Below, one piece after another: positions 1 to 10,814 of a stretch of DNA of 64,000 bases. The stretch is from Pirellulales bacterium (GTDB taxonomy: Bacteria; Planctomycetota; Planctomycetia; Pirellulales; PALSA-1355): assembly GCA_963733035.1 (NCBI GenBank), contig CAVTBU010000007.1, forward strand, positions 64,001 through 128,000, read 5' to 3'. The translations under genes and the position numbers were made by a program. A model generated the notes under the pieces. The model made no database searches. It was not told the DNA's origin and worked only from the letters and a program-made list of their open reading frames with translations. Numbering within the stretch: position 1 is the stretch's first letter; each line of letters begins with the position of its first letter.

Positions 1-1042
1 CGCCCTACATGGACTATCGCGACAATCCGAAGCGCCCCAAGACGCACTTCTGGTTTGGTCCGCTGACGATGATCGATTTCCTGGGTAACTACAACATGTG
101 GTACCAGAACAACGTGAACCCAGTGACGTCGCGCTATTGTTGGTGGCCGGGCACATGTCACGAATCGCCGATGTATGCCTGCAAGCTGGGCATTCGCGCG
201 GCCTTGGATGACGTTCGCACCAATCATCCAAACAACCTCGTGGCGTTGATGATGTTCAGCCACCCCCGCGCTTCGGCGAACGCCGACGGCCGGTTCAATC
301 GCCCACGCGTGGGATTGGGGCGGAACTACGACCGGATGCAGGAGGCGCTCTGGTATCCACCGACGACGTTGGGGAATTCCGGCGCTACGATACGCCCCTA
401 TGACGACGACAACTACGAAGTTCCGCGGGCCGTCGGCGGCACCTGTTATTCGATGGGGCTGATGCAGGCCTACAACCAATTCAGCGGCAACACGACGCTG
501 CAGAGCTTTAATCCGTATGAACCGACCGGCGACGCCGGAGGCAACGGTCGCCACGGCGCCCAGAAGATCATCATTCTCGAGACCGACGGGATGCCGACTC
601 ACACAGCCAATGCCTCGCTGGTTAATGCGGGTTCCCACAACAGCTACTACGCCGTTCGCTTCAAGACCGGGGGAGCCGGTGGCAGCGAGTATCCCACCAG
701 CGTCGGCCAATACAGCGAAAACAGCAGCACGGTGACCGCACAGGTCTATGACCTGTGCGCCAACTGGCCGCCTCGGAGAATGCCAGCCCGCCAGGCTATT
801 CAAGTCCGTCCAAGAAACTGCTGATTCACTGCATCGGTTTCGGTCCAGCGTTCGCCCCAGGAAGCAGCAAGCGCGACGCTGCGCTGGCCACCCTCTCGCA
901 AATGCAAACAATCGGCAACGTGTCCGGTGGCATGCCGGAGTACAAGATCATTTACGGCACCGAGCAGGAGATGGTCGCGCGCATGCAGCAGGCGTTTACG
1001 CAGATCCTGCAGGACGGCGTGCAAGTGGCCCTGGTGCACTAG
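1..1042 (+). CDS. C-terminal part of a VWA-domain (TadG-like) protein; 5'-truncated by the window, frameshift near 760
   Basis: ORF 9..824 has VALMMFS, GGTCYSMGL and IIILETDG (VWA/MIDAS-type strands). ORF 755..1042 supplies the VWA end, LIHCIGFG...FTQIL. Confidence 0.6.
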
Positions 1043-1088
1043 TCGCTTGTAGGTAGTGTGGTAGCATGGTCTCCCTTTCGCCCCTGGC

Positions 1089-1119
1089 CGGGCCCGCCCC
1101 CGCCGGGGGCCCGTTTTTT
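1089..1119 (+). terminator. Rho-independent terminator
   Basis: Stem CGGGCCC (1089-1095) / GGGCCCG (1107-1113) followed by TTTTTT, just downstream of the VWA gene. Confidence 0.7.
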
Positions 1120-1204
1120 GGCGATGCACGATTGCGGGTGCGGAACCGACCGTCGTCCGCACTGGAATGCTAACGGCCGCCTCTCATTGGCTATACTGGC
1201 GCAC

Positions 1205-1606
1205 ATGCGCGAACGCCTCGACAAGTTGCCCCCGCCGGCATCAAAACGTCGATCATTCCGCTTCAGCCTGATTGGGTTGTTCGTGGCGATCACGACATTC
1301 GCAATCGGCTTCGCTATTTGTTGGCAGATGCTTATCGTGAAGCAGCGTCGCGATTTTTTGAGCACGCTCCGGGCCAATCGCAGAATCAGGGACATTTCTG
1401 TAGAAAGTGATTATCTATACGGAGCGGAGCGACTAGAACATCGCGGATTCTCGATGCCGCGAATACGGCGCTGGCTAGGCGACGAGGGAGTGCTGCGAAT
1501 CGATACGGCCGGGTCGCTTAGCAAAGAAGAGCAAGAAGGGCTCGAACGTATCTTTCCGGAAGCGATTGTAAAGGCCGGGCCTCCGACTGGAACGAGCTTT
1601 TTTTAG
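1205..1606 (+). CDS. Small single-pass membrane protein
   Basis: Basic RRSFRFSL motif followed by one TM helix, an N-terminus type common in planctomycete hypothetical proteins. TATACT lies 7 nt upstream of the ATG. Confidence 0.55.
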   Translation: MRERLDKLPPPASKRRSFRFSLIGLFVAITTFAIGFAICWQMLIVKQRRDFLSTLRANRRIRDISVESDYLYGAERLEHRGFSMPRIRRWLGDEGVLRIDTAGSLSKEEQEGLERIFPEAIVKAGPPTGTSFF

Positions 1607-1724
1607 TGCCATCTCGTCAATTTCAATTTCAGACGGATGCACTTCCCAAACTTGTTGCCGACGGCTTGTCGCGCGGCTAGAGTGCACGCTGGACATCCCG
1701 GCTTCTTCCACCTCGAGGTGCGTT

Positions 1725-2710
1725 ATGCTCAGGCGGCAACATGCGGCGACAGCTGGTTTGGCAGTCTTGTTCGTGGCGTTGGTTTCCTCGGCCGAGGCTT
1801 GGCAAGGGGCCGACAATTTCAAGCCGCCGGCCGACGTGGCGATGCGCAAAGCCACGATCGTCAGCGAAGGCACCCGCATGGCCGCTGAAATCTACTCGCC
1901 CAAGGAGCCGGCCAGCGAAAAGTTGCCGACGATCGTCATGGCCCACGGCTGGGGCGGCGTTGCGGCTCATCTGCGGCCGGATGCGGTGGCCTTTGCCGCG
2001 CGGGTTATCTGGTCGTGGTGTTTGACTACCGCGGCTGGGGCGCCAGTGATTCGCGCGTCGTGCTGACCGAAAAACAACCTGAGCACACCAGCGACCAACG
2101 GTTTACGGCCGAAGTATTTGAAGTTCGCGAGGTGGTCGACCCGATCGATCAAACGACCGATCTGGCCAATGCGGTCAGTTGGGCCTACGGTGAACCGCAG
2201 TGCGACGGTGAGCGAATCGGGCTTTGGGGGAGCAGCTATTCCGGCGGCCACGTCATTTATGTTGCCGCTCGCGACCCGCGCGTCAAAGCCACGGTCAGCC
2301 AGGTTCCGGCGCTCGACTCGCGGCCGATGGTGCTCGACGGACCCGAGCGCGAAAAGACATTTGCCGAAGCCGCGGCCCGCACGCACGGAGACCTGGGCTA
2401 CCCGCCGCCGGGCGCCCGCGTGATCGGCAATCTCCGCGGCGCTCCGCTCCGCGAAAAAATGATGCAGTATGCTCCGGTCGAAGACGTGGCCCGAGCAGAC
2501 CAGTGCGCCACGCTGTTTGTACTGGCCGAAAACGAAGAACTGTTCGACAACCGCGACCACGGCATCCTGGCGCACGAGCGAGCGCGGGGCCCGAAAAAGC
2601 TGGTTGTGATTCCCAACATCACGCACTACGGGGTCTACCTGCAGGCCCGCAAACAGGCTCAACAATTAGCCATCGACTGGTTCGACGAGCATTTGAAGAA
2701 GAAGTCGTAG
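1725..2710 (+). CDS. Secreted alpha/beta hydrolase (CocE/NonD-like); frameshift near 2000
   Basis: Signal peptide, PTIVMAHGWGG, FDYRGWGAS, nucleophile elbow GLWGSSYSGG and His in ITHY. Split over ORFs 1725..2066 and 2015..2710. Confidence 0.8.
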
Positions 2711-2739
2711 CCGCAACAAGAGAGCGGAGGTCAGCCGTC

Positions 2740-3690
2740 TTAACGTGCGAGCTTCTCCAGTCGCTGTTGCACGCTGAAGAGGGCCTGCTTGGCTTCGGCC
2801 AATTGCGTGGCGTAGTCGGTCGGTTGCTTCTTTTTCGTGAATGCGCCGACGGTTTGACTGGAAATCGTGTCTAGCACGCTCGATTTGGGGGGCGGCGTGG
2901 CTTGCAGCTTCAGGTAGCTCTCTTGCACGCGGCGAAGTTCCTCGGCCAACGACGCCGCCTCGGCATCGCCAGCCATATAGAGTCCGACTTCCACTTGCCG
3001 GTCGCCCGACGGCACAACCGAATTCGACCAGAACGAATCTTTTTTCACCCGGGCGCGGCATGAAATCGTGCACACGTCGCCGCGCCACTGTTTGGGGACG
3101 GTGGCCAGGAACGAGAATTCCTTGGCTCCCTCGAGCGACGCGGCCCGCGACGGGCGCAGGCGGAAAAACACGCCGTGCTCACGGTCGGTGGTGCCGCTGG
3201 CCACGACCAGTTCCTTGGGCGCGATTTGCCGGTAACAATTCGCGTCACTGTCCTTGGAGGTTTGATTGAGCGTGCCGCCGATCGCCAGCAGCTTGTACAC
3301 CACGTGCACGTCGGCACCCGCGGTGCTGGCTTTCTCCGTGCTCTCCTTGACTTCGATCTGATCGTCGGCCACCGCGCTTTCGAGCGTGGTGTTGGGCAGG
3401 TAGTCCTGAAATCGCAAACGCTTTTCCGGGCTGCGGATCAGGTACATGAAGTCCACGATCTCGGATTCCGACCCTTCTAGCACTCTCGCCGAGATTCGCA
3501 TCTTGCCCTCGACGACTTTCAAGTACTCCGCTGCCGCGAAACCGGGCGGCGTGACATCGCGGCACTCGATGCTCTCGGGTAAATCAAAGGCAATCTCCGC
3601 GGCCCGCGAGGACGAGCCACTGGTGAATGCAAAAGTCGCAAGAAGCGCTAACAATCGCAGCACGCCCGACGCAGAATTGCGATTGGACAT
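2740..3690 (-). CDS. Secreted hypothetical protein
   Basis: Long ORF with signal peptide (LRLLALLATFAF...SRA-AE) and GGAGG upstream of ATG 3690. Confidence 0.7.
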   Translation of the reverse strand: MSNRNSASGVLRLLALLATFAFTSGSSSRAAEIAFDLPESIECRDVTPPGFAAAEYLKVVEGKMRISARVLEGSESEIVDFMYLIRSPEKRLRFQDYLPNTTLESAVADDQIEVKESTEKASTAGADVHVVYKLLAIGGTLNQTSKDSDANCYRQIAPKELVVASGTTDREHGVFFRLRPSRAASLEGAKEFSFLATVPKQWRGDVCTISCRARVKKDSFWSNSVVPSGDRQVEVGLYMAGDAEAASLAEELRRVQESYLKLQATPPPKSSVLDTISSQTVGAFTKKKQPTDYATQLAEAKQALFSVQQRLEKLAR

Positions 3691-4548
3691 GACGGCCTCC
3701 TCCGCGTGTTCGACGAGATGTTCCAACCCAGTCGCGTAATGCTACGTGCCAGCGTCAAGGGGAAGGGGCAAGGCGGACGGCCGGGTCTCCGCGCGCAGCG
3801 ATAGCCCGTCGTGCATGCAACCGTGTTTGCCGGCCGACGGACAGCGGTAACTTGCGCCCCGTCACGCAACTAGGTCTGATAGCGGTCGCGGGCCTTGTCT
3901 GGAGGCTTCAAATTGGGAGTGGGAGTGCTGTGCAGGTCGCGCAAGCAGCGGCAAGTTTGTCGCTGAACAGGACACTCGGTCCAGGCGGCGACAGGTAGGA
4001 GCTATCACGCGAAGCGGTGCGGGCATCGCGGCCCGACGGCGCTTTGCGCCACAAGCGTCGCTACGCAGGGCATCCGCGACACGCGTAGCACCGCAATTCA
4101 ATTGGGGCGTCGGTTTTTGCAGATAAAAGGCCTTCAACAAAACATTGCTCATCCGTCACTCCGCCGTTGCAGATGCCCCTGGGTGCCACCGGGCGTGCTG
4201 CAGCCAGCGTGCCGTTCGAACGTCCGCCGTCGACTCGTGGCGACTTATCATTGCCGTTGGGCCGACTTGAGCGACCGCCGCGCGGAGTCGCGTGGCAAGC
4301 GCTTTGCAGGGTGTAAGTCCTTCCACATGATCACTCTTCCGCCAAACGACCGGGCGGATTTCGAGCTGGTTGCCAATGTGCCAAAGCGCCCGCTGCGCAA
4401 GCAGGTAATTCTCGGGGCCATTTCGCTGTCTAGTTGGGATTACGGAACAATTTACAACGAGACATTGTCCGATCGTGATGCGGCACACCGTTTGCTCTGC
4501 CTGTGAATCGCGGCGACGAAAGAACGATTCTCACGGAGAGGCACGGTC

Positions 4549-4755
4549 ATGGTGGTACTCGCAAAAACAGCGCGTCGACTTGCTTCTGGCGAGCAGGTTG
4601 CTCGACGCCAAGCCAGTATTCGTGCTCATTGGAGCCCCGGCGAACGCGAAGAACGGGCTCGACAGGCAGCGGCCCAAATGGGGCTGCTCTGGGCGTTGAT
4701 TCAGTCGGGAAACCCGTCTTCAAAATCGTCGGCATGCTTCCGTGCCCGTGAGTAA
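4549..4755 (+). CDS. Small basic hypothetical protein (68 aa)
   Basis: GGAGAGG RBS upstream; IRAHWSPGEREERAR helical motif. Confidence 0.5.
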   Translation: MVVLAKTARRLASGEQVARRQASIRAHWSPGEREERARQAAAQMGLLWALIQSGNPSSKSSACFRARE

Positions 4756-4842
4756 CTTGTCACGGCAAAATGGAGGAGGGTTGTCGCGTTTGCAGTGAAG
4801 CAACCTTGCCGGACGAACGGCGTCTAGGATAGGAGTTTCATC

Positions 4843-5133
4843 ATGATCGTGCTGGCCGAGTTGTCGATGAGTCCGGGTGGCGTCTTGGCGTGGATTGGCA
4901 TTGGGTTGATGGCCGGCTGGCTCGCGGGGCTGGTGATGAGCGGGGGCGGATTGGGGATCATCGCCGATTTCGTTCTGGGTCTTGTCGGCGCGCTGGTGGG
5001 CGGCATCGTGGCCAGCTTCTTCGTCGTCGGTGATGCCGGCTTTTGGGCAAGCTTGCTGATTGCCTTTATCGGTGCGTGCGTGGTGATTGCAGTCGCGCGG
5101 ATTGTGTTGCCCGCCCGTCAAAGGCGCGTGTAG
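4843..5133 (+). CDS. GlsB/YeaQ/YmgE family (transglycosylase-associated) membrane protein
   Basis: WIGIGLMAGWLAGLVM...GLVGALVGG...AFIGACVV pattern; AGGAG RBS. Confidence 0.9.
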   Translation: MIVLAELSMSPGGVLAWIGIGLMAGWLAGLVMSGGGLGIIADFVLGLVGALVGGIVASFFVVGDAGFWASLLIAFIGACVVIAVARIVLPARQRRV

Positions 5134-5186
5134 CCGTCCTTCGAGGTATGCGGGCGGTGGGGGGTGGCCCGGCGCCGGGCAGTGCG

Positions 5187-6920
5187 TTAATATCCCGCCG
5201 CGTGACCGCTGATGCGTTCGTCCGCGGCGGCGATGATATTGCCGCTTCGCGGATCAATCCAAATGCTGTGGGCGTCTCCCTGACGGCGGGGTGCCGCTGA
5301 AAAATCGTGCCCCATCTCGCGGAGCCGCTTCACGCTGGCCGGGTGGTTTTCGGCAAGGCCTGCTTCGTAGCGGACTTCGTCCGGAAACCACCCGTGATGA
5401 ATCCGCGGCGCGTCGACAGCTTGCCGTACGTCCATTTCGAAATCCACCACGTTGATGACCAGACACAACACGGTATTGATGATCGTCCGCCCGCCCGGGC
5501 TGCCGGTTACCAGCAAGTTGCGGTCTCCGCGGCGAACCACGATGGGGCACATGGAACTGAGCATTCGCTTGCCGGGTGCCACTTCGTTTGGTGGCGTGCC
5601 GATCTGGCCGGCCGTGTTCGTCAGGCCCGGCACCCAATTGAAATCGTTCATTTCATCGTTCAGCAAGAACCCCCCTCCGCGCACCACGACGCGGCTCCCC
5701 CATGCGCTTTCCAGCGTGTAGGTGAGACTTACGGCCGTTCGATCGCGGTCGACGATCGACAAGTGCGTCGTGTGCTCGCTTTCCCGAGTGACTTTGATGT
5801 CGCCGGCAAGTGTCAAACTTGGCGTCGCCCGCAGCGGATTGATCGTGGCGGCCAACTCTCGTCCGTAGCTCCTGGTCAGGAGTTCGGGGGGAATCTCCGT
5901 CACGGCGGGGTCACCCAGGTAAGCCGCTCGGTCGCGAAACGCACGTCGCATGCTTTCGATCATCTGGTGGAGCGTCTCGGGCGACCAACGTCCTTGCATC
6001 TTGAGATCAAACTGCTCGAGGATGTTTAACTCCTCGACGAGCGTGGTGCCGCCGGAAGAGGAGGGCGGCACTGCCACAATTTCGTGTCCGCGATACTCGC
6101 TTCTGACTGGCTCGCGTTCCACGGGCCGGTAATCCGCCAGATCGGACTCGGAGATCAGTCCGCCGCCGCGTCGCATCTCCTCGGCGATCAGCGCTGCCAC
6201 GGGGCCGCGATAGAATCCGCTCGGGCCTTCGTCGGCGATGCGCTGCAACACGTTCGCGAATTCCGGCTGTGCTAGCCGGTCACCTTTGGTCCACGGAATG
6301 CCGTCGGGTCGCGCGAAGACTCGATGCAACTCCGCGAACTGGCCGCTGTCGGAGTCTGTCAAGATCCGGTTCAGCTCCTTGGCGAGTGCCTCGTCGAGTT
6401 GGAAGCCCTCGCGGGCAAGTTGCACGGCCGGCAGAACCAGGCCGCGCCAGGGCAGCCGACCAAGCCTTGCATGTGCCAGTGCCAGCCCGCGCACGGTGCC
6501 GGGCACGCCAACACGGAGATGCGGCGTGCGGTTGGCCGGATTGACAAACATGTCTGGGGTGGCCGCCGATGGGGCGACTTCGCGAAAATCAAATGCACTG
6601 CTGCCGGTTCCCGCCTGCGGCACGAAGAGCAGGTAGCCCCCGCCGCCGATGTTGCCGGCCGGGGGATAGGTGACCGCCAAGGCGAAGGCCGTAGCTACGG
6701 CCGCGTCGACGGCGTTGCCGCCGCGCTCGAGTGTTTGCAGTCCCACTTCGGCCGCCGGCTGGCTGACGCACACCACGGCGCCGTGTTGGCAATGGACCGT
6801 CGCATCGGCCATTGCTGTCGCAGATACCGACACGACAACCAGCGCGGCGATCGACCATGTGACACAGAGTCGGCGGAAATTCACGAGAAAGAACCTCAGG
6901 CAAGAAACAATGTCGGGCAT
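5187..6920 (-). CDS. ggt: Gamma-glutamyltransferase
   Basis: GGNAVDAAVA, DFREVAP, autoprocessing Thr in EHTTHLS, LLNDEMNDF, PGKRMLSSM, GSPGG. Start codon is uncertain. Confidence 0.95.
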   Translation of the reverse strand: MPDIVSCLRFFLVNFRRLCVTWSIAALVVVSVSATAMADATVHCQHGAVVCVSQPAAEVGLQTLERGGNAVDAAVATAFALAVTYPPAGNIGGGGYLLFVPQAGTGSSAFDFREVAPSAATPDMFVNPANRTPHLRVGVPGTVRGLALAHARLGRLPWRGLVLPAVQLAREGFQLDEALAKELNRILTDSDSGQFAELHRVFARPDGIPWTKGDRLAQPEFANVLQRIADEGPSGFYRGPVAALIAEEMRRGGGLISESDLADYRPVEREPVRSEYRGHEIVAVPPSSSGGTTLVEELNILEQFDLKMQGRWSPETLHQMIESMRRAFRDRAAYLGDPAVTEIPPELLTRSYGRELAATINPLRATPSLTLAGDIKVTRESEHTTHLSIVDRDRTAVSLTYTLESAWGSRVVVRGGGFLLNDEMNDFNWVPGLTNTAGQIGTPPNEVAPGKRMLSSMCPIVVRRGDRNLLVTGSPGGRTIINTVLCLVINVVDFEMDVRQAVDAPRIHHGWFPDEVRYEAGLAENHPASVKRLREMGHDFSAAPRRQGDAHSIWIDPRSGNIIAAADERISGHAAGY

Positions 6921-7038
6921 CGGGCGCGGGCTCGTCCCAGCGACTGGTCAAGTTTACGCCGAATCACCCGCGATGCCCAACTGGCGGCACGACATTCTGC
7001 TGGTTGACGGGCGTCTTTGGCCGAAACAAAATGCCGAC

Positions 7039-8496
7039 ATGAAACATCTCCTTCTGGTTTGCACCATCGTCGTTGGATTCGCCGTCCCTTCGCTGGCCGC
7101 CGGGGCGCCACCGAATATTGTCATTATCTTCTGCGACGACCTGGGCTATGCGGACATCGGTCCGTTTGGCGCCCAGGGTTACAAAACGCCCAATCTCGAC
7201 CGGATGGCTCGCGAGGGAATTCGCTTCACGCGGTTCTACGTGGCCCAGGCGGTTTGCTCCGCGTCGCGGGCGGCGCTGTTGACCGGTTGCTATCCAAATC
7301 GGATCGGCATCAGCGGGGCGCTGGGGCCGCAGGCCAAGATCGGCATCAGCGACGAAGAGACGACGATTGCCGAAATCGTCAAGCAGCGCGACTACGCCAC
7401 GGCCATCTTCGGCAAGTGGCATCTCGGCCACCATCCACAGTTTCTACCGGTGCATCACGGCTTCGATGAATACTTCGGGCTGCCCTATTCAAACGACATG
7501 TGGCCCTATCACCCGGGCTTGTTGCATCTGAAGTCGGAGGAGCGTAAACGGCGATTTCCCGACCTGCCGATGATCGAAGGCGATCGGGTGGCGATGCCCG
7601 AGGTGACGGCCGAGGATCAAACGCACCTAACCACCTGGTACACCGAACGGGCAGTGAAGTTCATCGACCGCAGCAAGGATCAGCCGTTTTTGCTTTACCT
7701 GGCCCATAGCATGCCGCACGTTCCATTGTTCGTCAGCGATAAGTATGACGGAAAGACCAAGCGCGGGTTGTTTGGCGATGTGATTTCCGAAATCGATTGG
7801 TCCGTAGGCCAGGTGCTCGAAGCGCTAAGCCGCAACGGCCTCGACGAGCGGACACTGGTGATCTTTACGTCCGACAACGGTCCATGGCTCAGTTACGGCG
7901 ATCATTGCGGTTCGGCGGCGCCGCTGCGCGAAGGCAAGGGGACGGCCTGGGAAGGGGGCGTGCGCGAGCCGTTCGTCGCTCGCTGGCCGGGTAAGATTCC
8001 CGCCGGTGCCGTGTGCAAAGAACCCGTGATGACGATCGATTTGCTGCCAACGATTGCCGGCCTGGTTGGCGCGAAGCTCCCCGACCACAAGATCGACGGG
8101 CTCGATATCTGGCCGCTGCTCTCTGGCCAACAAGGAGCCAAGAGCCCGCACGAGAGCCTGTACTTCTACTATGCCGACAATCAACTTCAAGCGGTTTCGT
8201 CGGGTCAATATAAGCTGTATCTGCCCCATACGTACCGTACCCTCGCGGGTCGCCCCGGCGGCACGGGCGGTAAGCCGGTCGAATACGAACACCGTACGCT
8301 GAAAGCTCCGGAGCTTTACGACCTGGAGTCTGACATCAGCGAAACCACCGACATCGCGGACCAGCATCCGGATGTCGTCAAGCGTCTACTAGTCGTCGCC
8401 GAGGAGGCCCGTAGCGACTTGGGCGATACGCTTACCAAGCGAAAACCCACCGGTGCGCGGCCGGTTGGAAAGCTCCGAGCGGGTGCTGCCGAATAG
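7039..8496 (+). CDS. Secreted arylsulfatase (formylglycine-dependent)
   Basis: Signal peptide MKHLLLV, PNIVIIFCDDLGY, CSASRAALLTG, GKWHLG, FTSDNG. Confidence 0.95.
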   Translation: MKHLLLVCTIVVGFAVPSLAAGAPPNIVIIFCDDLGYADIGPFGAQGYKTPNLDRMAREGIRFTRFYVAQAVCSASRAALLTGCYPNRIGISGALGPQAKIGISDEETTIAEIVKQRDYATAIFGKWHLGHHPQFLPVHHGFDEYFGLPYSNDMWPYHPGLLHLKSEERKRRFPDLPMIEGDRVAMPEVTAEDQTHLTTWYTERAVKFIDRSKDQPFLLYLAHSMPHVPLFVSDKYDGKTKRGLFGDVISEIDWSVGQVLEALSRNGLDERTLVIFTSDNGPWLSYGDHCGSAAPLREGKGTAWEGGVREPFVARWPGKIPAGAVCKEPVMTIDLLPTIAGLVGAKLPDHKIDGLDIWPLLSGQQGAKSPHESLYFYYADNQLQAVSSGQYKLYLPHTYRTLAGRPGGTGGKPVEYEHRTLKAPELYDLESDISETTDIADQHPDVVKRLLVVAEEARSDLGDTLTKRKPTGARPVGKLRAGAAE

Positions 8497-8612
8497 GGCG
8501 TCGCGGCAATTCTTTCAGTCGACCGGTTAGCGGCGGCACGGTCTCGCGGTTGTATTAGCGGGCGAACAGCAAGTGACGGTTCGCCGCATGCGACCAAGGG
8601 GAGGCTGGTGCC

Positions 8613-9560
8613 GTGTCTTCCGCAAAATCGAAAATTGTTTTGGCCGGCGGCGCCGGATTCTTGGGCCAGGTGCTCGCGCGATGGTTTGAGCCGCGTTACG
8701 ACGTCGTCGTGCTCACGCGTCGGCCGAAGACGTTCGCCGGTCTGGGGCGGGCCGTCAATTGGGACGGCCGCGCGCTTGGTCCTTGGATCGCAGAACTTGA
8801 CGGAACGCTGGCGCTGGTCAATCTCGCCGGCCGTAGCGTCAACTGCCGTTATCACGCCCGCAATCGCGCCCTGATGATGAATTCGCGGATCGAATCGACT
8901 CGCGTGCTCGGGCGGGCGGTTGCGGCCTGCATCGAACCGCCGCGCGTCTGGCTCAATTCCAGCACGGCCACAATCTACAAGCATTCGTTCGATCGGCCGA
9001 TGGACGAGGCCAGCGGCATCATCGCTGGCACGCCGGAAGTGAACGACGAATTCTCCATCGAAATTGCGCAGGCTTGGGAACGCGAGTTCGACCAAGTTTG
9101 CGCGGAGCACACTCGCAAAGTTGCCCTCCGCACGGCGATGGTCTTTAGCAACGCACCCGGCACGGTCTATCGCGTGTTGAGACGGCTGGTGCGACTGGGA
9201 CTCGGTGGGGCGATGGGAGACGGCCGGCAGTACGTCTCCTGGCTTCACGAGGTTGACTTTTGTCGTGCCGTTGAATGGCTTATCGAAACTGACGATTTCA
9301 CCGGGCCGGTGAACCTGGCCGCGCCGCGCCCGCTGACCAATCGTGCGATGATGCATGTTATTCGGCACGCTTGCCATAGGCCGTTCGGACTGCCGGCCAC
9401 GCGGCGCATGCTGGAGTTGGGAGCGTTCTTCCTGCGGACCGAAACCGAGCTCATCCTCAAAAGCCGTCGCGTTGTGCCACGGAGGCTTCTCGAGGCCGGC
9501 TTTCAGTTTCGCTTTGAAACCTTGTCGCAAGCCGTGGCCGAACTAGAAAAACGCCGCGGC
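8613..9560 (+). CDS. TIGR01777 (YfcH-like) NAD-dependent epimerase family protein; true 3' end uncertain, ORF reads on to 10139
   Basis: IVLAGGAGFLG, VNLAG, GDGRQYVSWLH, GPVNLAAP and SRRVVPRRLLEAGFQFRF (DUF1731-like end). Confidence 0.85.
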
Positions 9561-9711
9561 ATTGCGCCCGTCGGGCATGAGAGCGGATCAAGAGCCAGCT
9601 CGCATGCAGGCCACGTGAATCCGTCGGATGCGAAAGCACTTGCCTCGGGGGCGATGCTCGGCGAGACTATCGGCGAGCCATCCACTTCGTTCGCTTCTTG
9701 CAGACGGCACA

Positions 9712-10197
9712 ATGGACTACCCCGCGGAACAAGTCGCCGACGTCATCATTCGCCTGGGCTTCACGCACGTGGTCTGGCTTCCCGACTCGGCGCTGGGACC
9801 TTGGGAACTTGCTCTCGATCAGCCGGGTATGCTGGAACTGATTCGCGTCTGCCGCGAAGGGGAAGCCTGGGCCGTCGCGGCCGGGCTGCATCTGGGTGGC
9901 TGCCGACCGCTGGTGATGATTCAGAACACGGGCCTGTTCGAGTCGGGCGACGCGATGCGGAACGTGCTGTTCGACCTGGGCCTGCCGCTGGCCGCGGTCG
10001 TCGGCTACCGGAGCGCGCTGGTCGCCGGCTCGACCGACTCGGCCAGACGGTTCAGCGAACCGATTCTAAAAGCCTGGGGGCTCGACTACATCGTCGTCGC
10101 GCATCCGCGCGATTGGCCCTTGATGGCCGAACACCTTGACAAGTGCCGATTGGACGGTCGGCCCGGTGTTGTGCTCGTGGCGGAGGGACGCATGTGA
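9712..10197 (+). CDS. TPP-dependent decarboxylase alpha subunit (sulfopyruvate/phosphonopyruvate decarboxylase, ComD-like)
   Basis: LPDS, REGEAWAVAAGLHLGG, MIQNTG, VVGYR. Confidence 0.8.
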   Translation: MDYPAEQVADVIIRLGFTHVVWLPDSALGPWELALDQPGMLELIRVCREGEAWAVAAGLHLGGCRPLVMIQNTGLFESGDAMRNVLFDLGLPLAAVVGYRSALVAGSTDSARRFSEPILKAWGLDYIVVAHPRDWPLMAEHLDKCRLDGRPGVVLVAEGRM

Positions 10198-10799
10198 TGA
10201 GTCAGGCAATTTGCAAACACATGCCGCTGGTGCCGGCGCTAGAGGTGCTGCTGAAGTTCCGACAGAAGGAAATCGTTGTAACCACCATGGGCGCGGCCCG
10301 CGAGTGGCCTCGGTTGTCGCAGCACCCGCTCGATTTTCACTACATCCCCTCGGCGATGGGCGAGGCGCCGGCGCTGGGCATGGGGCTGGCGCTGGCGAAG
10401 CCCGAGCGAGAAGTCGTCGTGCTCAACGGCGACGGTTGCATGCTGATGAACCTTGGTTCGCTGGTGACGATCGTTGCCAGTGGCGCCCGGAACATCACGC
10501 TCGTAGTTTTGGAAAACGGCATTTACGAAGTCACCGGTGGTCAACAAACCGCGGCGTCCACGGTGAAACACGCAACCGTGGACTTCGCCGCCATGGCCCG
10601 CGCCGCCGGCTTTGCCAGCGTATCGCGTTTTGACACACTTGACGCTTGGCAGAGCGAAGCCGAGACCGTTTGTCGCAAGGCCGGGCCGCGCTTCATCGTG
10701 CTGGCCACCGAACCGGTCGGAGCCGCCTATCATCTCGAATCGCCCGGTCCGATGGCCGAGCGGCTGGCCCGGTTTCAGCAAGCGCTTGCTGCGAGTTGA
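10197..10799 (+). CDS. TPP-dependent decarboxylase beta subunit (ComE-like)
   Basis: AMG...GLALA, TPP motif NGDGCMLMN...LENGIYEVTGGQ; TGATG overlap with the alpha gene. Confidence 0.85.
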   Translation: MSQAICKHMPLVPALEVLLKFRQKEIVVTTMGAAREWPRLSQHPLDFHYIPSAMGEAPALGMGLALAKPEREVVVLNGDGCMLMNLGSLVTIVASGARNITLVVLENGIYEVTGGQQTAASTVKHATVDFAAMARAAGFASVSRFDTLDAWQSEAETVCRKAGPRFIVLATEPVGAAYHLESPGPMAERLARFQQALAAS

Positions 10800-10814
10800 C
10801 CACACGAATCGATC

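Noticed and set aside
4102..4506. ORFs 4102..4506 (+) and 4156..4488 (-)
   Set aside because: No RBS, no motifs and atypical composition.
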